From Candidatus Heimdallarchaeota archaeon (GTDB lineage Archaea > Asgardarchaeota > Heimdallarchaeia > Heimdallarchaeales > Heimdallarchaeaceae), in assembly GCA_030668875.1 (NCBI GenBank), contig DAOVER010000015.1:30001-62000 (forward strand): DNA of 32,000 bases. Direction: 5' to 3'. The position numbers were made by a program, and so were the translations under genes. This document shows, piece by piece, positions 24,380 through 32,000 of this stretch. The number at the start of each line of letters is the position of its first letter. Position 1 is the stretch's first letter. The notes under the pieces are model-generated. The model was not told where the DNA came from and did not search any database. It worked only from the letters and a program-made list of their open reading frames with translations.

Positions 24380-26382
24380 TTTTTCCTTTTCCTCATTCTT
24401 TTTTGGAATACTAGAAGAGTTGAAGTTAGTAGAAACACGTTTATTGCTAACAATCCAAACGGATAACTAGTAGCATATGGTGTGAAGTAACCTGCAGCTT
24501 CTAACCATTCTGCAGCTTTTTTATCATCGTAATCATATTTTATTATATCATCGTGATACCATTCTTCAAGATAGTTAGGTATAGTACTATCAAAGATAAT
24601 ATAATCGTTATCATGAATAACTTCATTCATTTCTGACCTATCTATAGCATAATTCATAGCTTTTCTGACTGCAACAGCCTTAGTGAAGTTTTTTCCGTCT
24701 TTCTGTATCCATATTTCATTATCTTCTGCACCTATAAATGGTCTCTCAGTGTTATAAAGAAGAAAAATTGCTTTTTCTCCATAATCCTCGTAAATAGTGT
24801 ATCTAATATCACTATCCATTTCTATTCGTTCATCAGGAAAATAGTTCATTCTAATGAAGTCTAATTTACCTGCTTTAAATTCTGCCAATTCTGCTGAAAT
24901 ATCAGGAATAACTCGAATAACTACGGAGTCTATGTTCATAGTATAATTTTTCCCATCAATTACTCCTATTCCAAACCAATAAGGACTTGATCGAAGAACA
25001 GTAACGGAGTTTCTAATGTAGTAATCTAACATATATTTACCTGAACCAAAAGGAGAATAGAAATAACTTCCCCAGGAATTTGTCTCAGTTATTGATTGAT
25101 TTATGCCTATATATTCAATTCCAGTAATTGTATTAGAAATTTCTAAACTTGAGGAATTAAAATAGAATTCTGGTAGAAGAGGTTTGTTCAGGGTTTGCCA
25201 GAAGGGGATAAAAATCTCAACTTCTTCAGTTCTAGGGTCATAATCATGGAAATATAAATGAAAAGATAGAGGATCATTATTATCAACTTTTATATCTTTA
25301 ATCCATAGAAATTCGTCAGCTCTTTCGTTGACATATTCTGTTGAATAAAGAAGAAGAGAAAATACTGCATCTTTAGCTGTTACACGCTGATTTGTTCCAT
25401 TACTCATCTCATCCTTTAAACCTATCATCAACGGAGTACTGGTTGGATCAAGCAAATCTGAACTTACATTTCTTTCAGCAGTATTGTATGAGGGATTCCA
25501 GTAGATATTTTCTCTTAGCTTGAACACATAATGATCATCCTCTAATCTCTCCCAATCCTCAACAACTCCGTTTCTTGTTGGTAGATATTTATTGTCCAAA
25601 CTAATAATAGGTTCAGTGATTAAATCTAATAATTCTTTGTCAGGTTCTAGGCTAATTTCAAAAGGATTCATCTCTCTCCAATTCGAACTAGCGATTCGTA
25701 GTTCATCTTGTGATTCTTGCCCTTCATGCATTCCATTATAAATCATATAAGGCAATGAATCGACTAACCCCCATGAGCTTTGGAAACCAATAAGGTTTGA
25801 CCATGTTGCTCTATATTCATGATTAACAAAGAACGGTAATATAGGTACAATTTTTTCCATAACTAACTGTTGCCATCTGTTATAGATTATTTTACGTGCA
25901 GAAATATTTTCTTCAAATACTCCTCTATGTATCAAATCCTTATGTTCGTTATAATATGGAGAATCTTGAAAAGCATTATACCCAAAACCTAACTTCAGTA
26001 TATCTGGGGTTACCCAATGAATCTGAACACTATCAACAAAATTTGATCTAATAGGGTCAGGATCTCCTTGAAGATTTGATAGGCTTGCAATGGTTAAATC
26101 AAAATCCCAAGTTGGTATTACGAAAGGAAATATTAGCCCATCATCTACTTTAACTTCTAATTCTATGCCTATTGCCCTTAGATATTGTGCAATATATAAA
26201 CCATAATCGGGTCTAACCCCGCCTCCATTTGTTTTGAAAATCAAGTTAGCAATAGGTTCAGCATTTCCACACACACTACTAGCACTGCTAACAGCTGAAA
26301 TTGTGAAGCAAATAACTAAAGCGAATGCTACTATTTGTTGCTTCTTCTTCAAGGGATTTACACTTAATCTTTTCAGATTCAT
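24376..26382 (-). CDS. ABC-type solute-binding protein family 5, circularly permuted, C-terminally anchored
   Basis: Clear paralog of 19419-21329 (KTNGGGVRPDYGLYIAQYLR is identical), plus VTAKDAVFS, FGSGKYML, AVRKAMNYAIDR and AEWLEAAGY. Confidence 0.85.
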   Translation of the reverse strand: MNLKRLSVNPLKKKQQIVAFALVICFTISAVSSASSVCGNAEPIANLIFKTNGGGVRPDYGLYIAQYLRAIGIELEVKVDDGLIFPFVIPTWDFDLTIASLSNLQGDPDPIRSNFVDSVQIHWVTPDILKLGFGYNAFQDSPYYNEHKDLIHRGVFEENISARKIIYNRWQQLVMEKIVPILPFFVNHEYRATWSNLIGFQSSWGLVDSLPYMIYNGMHEGQESQDELRIASSNWREMNPFEISLEPDKELLDLITEPIISLDNKYLPTRNGVVEDWERLEDDHYVFKLRENIYWNPSYNTAERNVSSDLLDPTSTPLMIGLKDEMSNGTNQRVTAKDAVFSLLLYSTEYVNERADEFLWIKDIKVDNNDPLSFHLYFHDYDPRTEEVEIFIPFWQTLNKPLLPEFYFNSSSLEISNTITGIEYIGINQSITETNSWGSYFYSPFGSGKYMLDYYIRNSVTVLRSSPYWFGIGVIDGKNYTMNIDSVVIRVIPDISAELAEFKAGKLDFIRMNYFPDERIEMDSDIRYTIYEDYGEKAIFLLYNTERPFIGAEDNEIWIQKDGKNFTKAVAVRKAMNYAIDRSEMNEVIHDNDYIIFDSTIPNYLEEWYHDDIIKYDYDDKKAAEWLEAAGYFTPYATSYPFGLLAINVFLLTSTLLVFQKRMRKRKK

Positions 26383-26409
26383 GTATTATACTCTTATACA
26401 CTTATAAAT
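26350..26409 (-). repeat. Duplicated promoter plus gene start (copy 2, intact)
   Basis: Contains TTTATAAG and the first codons (MNLKRLSVNPL) of the 668-aa SBP gene. Confidence 0.85.
26401..26408 (-). promoter_or_regulatory. Archaeal TATA box, leaderless SBP gene
   Basis: TTTATAAG begins 26 nt upstream of ATG 26382. Confidence 0.6.
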
Positions 26410-26532
26410 TTTAATGAAAATCCTCTACATTGAACTTTTAGTCGGTATTACATTATAGGGGAAATCATTATATATGCAGTGTAAAATCATCTTTTGTTGA
26501 GGTTCAACCAACGTCTCTGAGCAGGATTGTTA

Positions 26533-27246
26533 ATGAGTACAAAATACATCGATAAGTTAGACGATAGCGAAAGCATCATCAACCTAATCTCTGAATTAAA
26601 GGATAAAGATTCTAAAGAGATTAACCATCTTGCCGCAGTTATTTCTAAATTAGGGGATAAAGTTGTTGAACCGCTGATTGATGCCTTCAAAGACGAAGAT
26701 AAAGATGTTCGGTATCTAGCTGCCAGATTTCTGGAAGAGATTGGTTCCTATGCTGTTGAACCTTTGATAGCTGAATTAAGCAATATTCAGAGTACAGTTA
26801 GAGTTTGTGCTGTTGAAACCTTAGGTAAAATAGGTGATCCCAAAGCTATTCATCCTTTAATTAATACGCTCAAAGATAAGAAAGAAGATGCATTAGTTAG
26901 AGAATATTCAGTGTATGCTTTAGAAAGGATAGGTAAGCCTGCAGTCAAGACTCTAATCACCGCGCTAAAAGAACTTGATGATCCTAATGCTTTAGCTCCT
27001 CTTAAAGCAGCTCTTTTTTACAATCAAAAAGATGTTAGACAAACAGCAACTGAAATTGCTTCAGATTTACAAGACTGTTACTTCACTTACAAAGATGTCA
27101 AATCTATCTTGAAAAGAGATCATAAAAAAGTTCCTCAATCAAAAGAAATAACTTCAGAATACTTGAGAGACAAATATAGTCGAAAGAAAGGAGACAAATA
27201 TCTTAAGTTCACACAAACTACTTTGAAAGAATTCATAGATGAATAA
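26533..27246 (+). CDS. HEAT (PBS lyase-like) repeat protein
   Basis: Repeats VEPLIDAFKDEDKDVRYLAARFL and VEPLIAEL...VRVCAVETLGKIGDPKAIHPLI. ATG 26533 is preferred over TTG 26527. Confidence 0.85.
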   Translation: MSTKYIDKLDDSESIINLISELKDKDSKEINHLAAVISKLGDKVVEPLIDAFKDEDKDVRYLAARFLEEIGSYAVEPLIAELSNIQSTVRVCAVETLGKIGDPKAIHPLINTLKDKKEDALVREYSVYALERIGKPAVKTLITALKELDDPNALAPLKAALFYNQKDVRQTATEIASDLQDCYFTYKDVKSILKRDHKKVPQSKEITSEYLRDKYSRKKGDKYLKFTQTTLKEFIDE

Positions 27247-27356
27247 AAACAAAGTAGCTAATAATAATATTTTACAAGCGCAAATTTATTACATTATTAT
27301 TCAGTAAATATATTAAGGTAAATCTAATAATTATAGGTTATGTTGAGAGGAAAACT

Positions 27357-28535
27357 ATGTCAAATAAAAAACTAATCATTTCCTTTTCCTTGAGTTTAAT
27401 TGCTCTAACTATAAGTGTGTCTGTTTTTAGTTATGTGATTATGGATAATAAGAGAATAGAAGAAGAGTATGGAGAACTATTCTATCTAGGATACACAGAA
27501 ACAACCCGTGTCCTTGATATGATTTTGGATGAACCTATTAGAATGCAAATTAATGGTTTTCAATCAGATGGACTAACAGCTTTTGATGACAGGATATTCA
27601 TTCTAGGTCAAGATGAAAATTATACTCAGAGAAAAATAGTAGAAATAAAAATTAATGATGAAGTCAATACTATAATTGATGTGAAAGAGCATAATTTGCC
27701 TTTCCTTAATAGCAGTTTAAATTGTATGGGGCTAGGATATAATGGTACAAATTTCTTTACATTACTTACTTTAACCTTCCCAATAACCCAATATTTCTGT
27801 ACATTTAACATAACTCATGGAATAATTTCTAACAGGACTCTATCTGTACCTACATCAAGTTATCCGGATGTAAATGATTTAGTAAGAACAAATTTTGATA
27901 TTTGGAACGATAAAATCTACTGCACAGAAGGGGGAGAACTAGATGGTTATTGGGTAGAACGGAACATCACCTGTTATGATTTGAATACACTGAATATTAT
28001 AGATTCTTTTAATATAACGAATTTCGGAAGACCGAGACAATTCAGTATAGATGAATCAGGACAAGCTTGGATTACTTACAATGAAAACCCATTTACTAAT
28101 CCACAAAGTAGCTCAGGAACAAGATTTAGTTCTGTTTGGAAGTCATTTCTTGACTTTTCTCTTGAAACTCATAATTTGTTGTCAACAATACATGTGGGAG
28201 GTGGTTATCCTGACCCCCTTAACACATCACTCGAATTAGGTGCTTGGGGGGAATACTTCTATTATTTTAACGATACATATGTAATGGTTCAAGATGATCG
28301 TTCCTTTGTTTATCATGATAGAATAATTCAACCTCTGTATATGAGAGCAGATTGGGTGTACTATTTTGTAGGGTTCAGAGTGTATAGTTATGACCCTATA
28401 GATTTAATAAAATCCAGCGAACTTCAAACATTAATACTTAGCTTTACTATCTTTCTTGGAGTTGCTACCTATACTGTAATCTTATCATTGAAGAAGATAA
28501 ATCATGAAGAAGAAAGCGAGATAGAATCGACATAA
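27357..28535 (+). CDS. Hypothetical membrane protein, N- and C-terminal TM flanking an extracellular beta-rich domain
   Basis: Hydrophobic segments at both ends, many N-x-S/T sequons, and short beta-strand repeats (GLTAFDDRIFIL, GLGYNGTNFFTL, FDIWNDKIYC, FSIDESGQAWI) suggesting a propeller. Confidence 0.6.
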   Translation: MSNKKLIISFSLSLIALTISVSVFSYVIMDNKRIEEEYGELFYLGYTETTRVLDMILDEPIRMQINGFQSDGLTAFDDRIFILGQDENYTQRKIVEIKINDEVNTIIDVKEHNLPFLNSSLNCMGLGYNGTNFFTLLTLTFPITQYFCTFNITHGIISNRTLSVPTSSYPDVNDLVRTNFDIWNDKIYCTEGGELDGYWVERNITCYDLNTLNIIDSFNITNFGRPRQFSIDESGQAWITYNENPFTNPQSSSGTRFSSVWKSFLDFSLETHNLLSTIHVGGGYPDPLNTSLELGAWGEYFYYFNDTYVMVQDDRSFVYHDRIIQPLYMRADWVYYFVGFRVYSYDPIDLIKSSELQTLILSFTIFLGVATYTVILSLKKINHEEESEIEST

Positions 28536-28854
28536 ATTATATAAGTGCATACAATTCACTTGAAATACTAAAAAACGAGGTGTCAGTGATTGTATGTTAT
28601 GTAAAATTCAAGTTAATCTGATTGTAAAGAGCAACACTGACACAACAAACTGATTTTTTGTTTTTGGTGTTGATTTAGTTAGGTTAATTCATCCATCATT
28701 GTCTTCTCATAATTATGTGATATAAAATGACACAAGAATTAAAACTGATAAAAATACAGAGATGTATTGAAGATAAATTTGTAGAAGAATTTAAAGAGTA
28801 CAAAACAATCTATCGTAAAAGAAATTCTTTCAAAATAATTATAGGGTGCAGAAA

Positions 28855-30030
28855 ATGTTTGTAGAATTGCCTAAAGAGAGATACAAAGAGACAATTCCTC
28901 TCTACAATAACGCTCGATTCATTAATGCTGCTAGAAGTCATCTTGAGAGAACTCCTATTGAAAAAACAGTTTTTGTAGACAATCTAGATTCACCTAAGAC
29001 AGCTGCCTTGATAGTCAAACATAGGACATTTTTAGGTGGTGATTCTACCAATAGTGCATTCAATATTGCCTTAAGAGACTTCTTCTTTTCTGAGAGGAGA
29101 GAGTTACTTGAGGTACAAGATCTCTATGAATTAGATTTTTACTTCTCTTCTGATGATTGGATAGAAGCTCTTACTTCTACTTTCCCATACTCATTTGCAT
29201 ATCCACGATATTATTACGAGATTAAAGAGCTAAAGGAGAAAGATTGGAGAGAGAAAATCCTTAAAGGGTATACAATAGAACCTGTAGATTTATCTTTGCT
29301 TGAAAAAAAACATCTGGAAAATTATGAATGGCTAATAGAAGAAATAGAAGAAAATTGGCTACCTTTTGAAGAACATCTCAAGGAAACTAGAGGATTTTAT
29401 ATTGTTTATAATTTGAAAGAGATCGTTGCTTGGTGCACTGTAGAATATCTTACAGTAGACAACCATATAGAAGTAGGAATAGCTACTAGAAACGAACACC
29501 GAAAAAAAGGTCTTGCTACAATTGTTGGTTCAGCTACAGCTGAGCTTAATCTTTCAAAATATGAGACGGTTGGTTGGCATTGTGGTGTCAATAACATTGG
29601 TTCAAATAAAACAGCTTTGAGTATAGGGTTTGAAAAAGTGAAGGATTATTGGAAAGTTGCATGTTTCTTCAACAAATTCGATAATTTCATCGTTCAAGGA
29701 TATAATAACTATCTGGGCAAAAACTACACTGAAGCAATCAAATTCTACGGTTTAGTAATAGATGCTCATTCCGCAGGAGCTGAGGATGTTAAGACATCAG
29801 CATTCCTTACCAAATGGGGCTTTACAATTGATAAGTTAGTGATGGAGTGTGCTTCTTTTTATGCAGCATATGGAAAGAAAGAAACGTGTTTAGAGAATAT
29901 TCAAAAAGCTATTGACTTAGGGTACAATAATCTAGAAACGTTTGAAGAAGAGGTTAATTTTAAATTTATAAAAAACGAATCTAAATGGGATCTATTCATT
30001 GAAGCTATTCAGAAAAATAAGGAGGATTAG
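28855..30030 (+). CDS. GNAT family N-acetyltransferase with C-terminal TPR-like domain
   Basis: IEVGIATRNEHRKKGLAT, WHCGVNNIGSNKTALSIGF, then helical YTEAIKFY...CLENIQKAIDLGY. ATG 28855 chosen by alignment with the downstream paralog. Confidence 0.8.
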   Translation: MFVELPKERYKETIPLYNNARFINAARSHLERTPIEKTVFVDNLDSPKTAALIVKHRTFLGGDSTNSAFNIALRDFFFSERRELLEVQDLYELDFYFSSDDWIEALTSTFPYSFAYPRYYYEIKELKEKDWREKILKGYTIEPVDLSLLEKKHLENYEWLIEEIEENWLPFEEHLKETRGFYIVYNLKEIVAWCTVEYLTVDNHIEVGIATRNEHRKKGLATIVGSATAELNLSKYETVGWHCGVNNIGSNKTALSIGFEKVKDYWKVACFFNKFDNFIVQGYNNYLGKNYTEAIKFYGLVIDAHSAGAEDVKTSAFLTKWGFTIDKLVMECASFYAAYGKKETCLENIQKAIDLGYNNLETFEEEVNFKFIKNESKWDLFIEAIQKNKED

Positions 30031-30031
30031 A

Positions 30032-30862
30032 ATGTTTGCAGAATTAACCCCAGAAAATTATCGAAAAGTTCGTAAAATGTTTTCTAGTATAGAAGAGATT
30101 GATCTTTCTGTTACTTCTGTATTCGAAAACAATTATCAAGGAAGAATACTTGTGGATAACTTAGATAATCCCTCTTCCACGTTTCTTAATTTAGGCCACA
30201 GAACCTTTATGTTTGTAGGAGAAGAGACAAACATAGACTTTAATTTAAGCATAATTGAAGAGATTAATAGAAATATTATACCCACAAGAATGAGTCATTT
30301 TGTCAATAAATTTTTCTTCATAATATTTGACAAAAATTGGTTAGAAACTATTCCGAGACTCTTCCCTGAATCTATCTTGGAAACTAGAAAACATTATGTT
30401 TTTGATAAACTTAAAATACCCAACTGGCAAAAACTAATTCCTGAATCTTATTTTGTTCATCAAATAGATAAAGATACTTTGCAAAAGGAAGCAGTTAAAA
30501 AACATATGATGATTAACAAATGGATTACTGATCTGTATGGTACTTATGATAGTTTTCTTGAAAGAGGATTAGGTTTCTTTATGATCTACAAGGACGAAGA
30601 GATTGTGAGTTATAATATTATCAATTATGTTAATGATAAACGTGACAGAATTGAATTGGGGATTATTACTGAGGAAAAATTCCAGGGAAAAGGTCTTACT
30701 AAATTACTTGTTTCTGCAACTCTTGAACATTGCGTAAATGAGGGTATAAAGAAGATTGGGTGGCATACTAATGTAAAAAATATAGCAAGTCAGAAAACAG
30801 CTGAATCAGTTGGTTTTACTCATGAGAGAGATTACATAATCTATATTGGTAAGTTTATCTGA
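30032..30862 (+). CDS. GNAT family N-acetyltransferase (paralog of the upstream gene)
   Basis: AGGAGG RBS and ATG 30032 (MFAELTPE). IELGIITEEKFQGKGLT, WHTNVKNIASQKTAESVGF. Confidence 0.85.
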   Translation: MFAELTPENYRKVRKMFSSIEEIDLSVTSVFENNYQGRILVDNLDNPSSTFLNLGHRTFMFVGEETNIDFNLSIIEEINRNIIPTRMSHFVNKFFFIIFDKNWLETIPRLFPESILETRKHYVFDKLKIPNWQKLIPESYFVHQIDKDTLQKEAVKKHMMINKWITDLYGTYDSFLERGLGFFMIYKDEEIVSYNIINYVNDKRDRIELGIITEEKFQGKGLTKLLVSATLEHCVNEGIKKIGWHTNVKNIASQKTAESVGFTHERDYIIYIGKFI

Positions 30863-30877
30863 ATCACTGTGGAATAA

Positions 30878-30886
30878 TTTTTTAAG
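30878..30886 (+). promoter_or_regulatory. TATA box, leaderless SDR gene
   Basis: TTTTTTAAG, with TTTAAG starting 26 nt before ATG 30907 and no RBS. Confidence 0.45.
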
Positions 30887-30906
30887 TCTTCTTTTAACTT
30901 CTAACT

Positions 30907-31806
30907 ATGAGTGATAAAGAAGAATTGAAGGCTGTTTTAATCACTGGTGCAAATAGTGGTATTGGTAGAAAAACCTTAGAATTGCTCATAGATAAGGGAT
31001 ATTTTGTCTATGCAGGTGCTAGAAAAGATAAGGATATTGAAGAATTAAACAAGCTTCCTAATACTCTTGCTATCAAACTTGATGTGACAAATGATGAGCA
31101 AGTTAAACAAGCTATTGAAACCATTACAAAGGAAGGTAGAGGACTTTATGGCTTAGTAAATAATGCTGGAATTGTAGTGTTTGGACCAATTATTACAACA
31201 TCTATGGAAATGATGAAGGATTTATTCGAAGTAAATGTTTATGGTCCTCATCGTATGACTTTAGCTTGTTTCCCATTATTAAGAAAATCTAAGGGGAGAA
31301 TCGTGAATATAAGCTCAATCAGTGGTATTTTGACTGGCAAAATTCTTGGTTTGTATAGTATGAGTAAGCATGCTTTAGAAGCTTATTCTGATACACTTAT
31401 TCAAAATGCAGCAGATTTTGATATGAACGTGAGTGTCATAGAACCTGGCAATTTTAAATCTGATATAGGTAGTAATTTGATTGAGAAAATGAGAAAAGAA
31501 GAAGAAAGTTATAGGATAAATATGACTGCCGTACAAAGGAAACAACAGTTTAAGGAAGTAGAAGAAGGTTTCTCAACAGATCATGGATTTCCAGAACCAT
31601 TTAAGGTAGCAGAAGCGATATTTGATGCTTTATTCTCAGAAAAACCAAAACTAAGATATCTTGTGTGTGGTAATGAAGAAGAAGTAAAGTGGGTCATCAA
31701 AAGAATGTTTGTAGAATTACTTCAATTAAATCATAATCATGAATATAGCTTTGACAAAAAAGTTTTGATAGATATTTTGGATGAATGTATCAGTGAAATG
31801 AAATAG
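30907..31806 (+). CDS. Short-chain dehydrogenase/reductase (SDR)
   Basis: TGANSGIG, LVNNAG, GRIVNISS, catalytic YSMSK, IEPG. Confidence 0.92.
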   Translation: MSDKEELKAVLITGANSGIGRKTLELLIDKGYFVYAGARKDKDIEELNKLPNTLAIKLDVTNDEQVKQAIETITKEGRGLYGLVNNAGIVVFGPIITTSMEMMKDLFEVNVYGPHRMTLACFPLLRKSKGRIVNISSISGILTGKILGLYSMSKHALEAYSDTLIQNAADFDMNVSVIEPGNFKSDIGSNLIEKMRKEEESYRINMTAVQRKQQFKEVEEGFSTDHGFPEPFKVAEAIFDALFSEKPKLRYLVCGNEEEVKWVIKRMFVELLQLNHNHEYSFDKKVLIDILDECISEMK

Positions 31807-31889
31807 AATAAATAGAATTGTTTGATACTTCATACTTTTCCCTTCTGGTAATATTTAAAAAGAGTGAGGATTGTCAAAGTTGACTATAT

Positions 31890-32000
31890 ATGAAATATGA
31901 TTTTGATAAAATTATTGATCGCAAAGGTACTCATGCAATAAAATGGGATAAACATTTACTTGAAGAGTTTTTTGGCACTTCTGATGTGCTTCCTCTATGG
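31890..32000 (+). CDS. MalY/PatB-like PLP-dependent C-S lyase/aminotransferase, 5' fragment
   Basis: MKYDFDKIIDRKGTHAIKWD...DVLPLW is the typical N-terminus of this family. The frame is open to the window end. Confidence 0.8.
   Translation, partial: MKYDFDKIIDRKGTHAIKWDKHLLEEFFGTSDVLPLW

Noticed and set aside
28727-28864. 45-aa ORF MTQELKLIKIQRC...IYRKRNSF...CRKCL upstream of the GNAT gene, faintly like a DDE transposase Y-x2-R segment
   Set aside because: Lacks the conserved Glu, has no terminal repeats or RBS, and overlaps the GNAT start. Insufficient evidence for a gene or IS remnant.
1440-29597. The other short ORF-track entries (e.g. 1440-1679, 2461-2670, 6353-6613, 8198-8386, 11901-12089, 12567-12785, 13607-13906, 17038-17256, 17688-17882, 17977-18183, 18915-19178, 19623-19811, 20171-20365, 22464-22646, 26487-26690, 27626-27811, 28051-28239, 29406-29597)
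   Set aside because: All are antisense or out-of-frame shadows of longer, motif-bearing genes, with no RBS or motif support.
31873-31884. Palindrome GTCAA-AG-TTGAC before the PatB-like gene, with AGTCAACT also near 2201 and 15404
   Set aside because: 5-bp arms and an 8-mer are expected by chance in AT-rich DNA of this length.

Overview
AT-rich, gene-dense prokaryotic window that reads as archaeal (TTTATAAG/TTTTAAG TATA boxes about 26 nt before leaderless starts, GGAG/GGTGA ribosome-binding sites, C-terminally anchored surface proteins). An Asgard/Heimdallarchaeota-like anaerobe is my inference, not a computed assignment. The layout is: oxidoreductase and methyltransferase genes (1-3537); seven paralogous ~145-170 aa membrane proteins followed by a coupled radical SAM-SPASM enzyme and a methyltransferase-TPR protein (3658-9883); a glycyl radical enzyme operon (10001-14168); surface proteins, beta-helix proteins and three unusual family-5 solute-binding proteins (14183-28535); then GNAT, SDR and PLP enzyme genes. 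The top candidate for a new system is 3658-9883. Its radical SAM enzyme matches the motifs I recall for the tyramine-excising 'splicease' family (PlpX-like), and all seven adjacent membrane proteins carry an invariant C-terminal X-Y-G-[VI] motif, the known splicease target signature, plus a conserved N-terminal leader-like motif. This suggests backbone splicing (alpha-keto-beta-amino acid formation) of integral membrane proteins in an archaeon. Secondary highlights are circularly permuted solute-binding proteins, a single-lobe version of one, and a glycyl radical enzyme with an atypical GCLEN loop. No rRNA, tRNA, CRISPR array or intact mobile element was seen. All family assignments come from motif recognition by eye, not from database searches.
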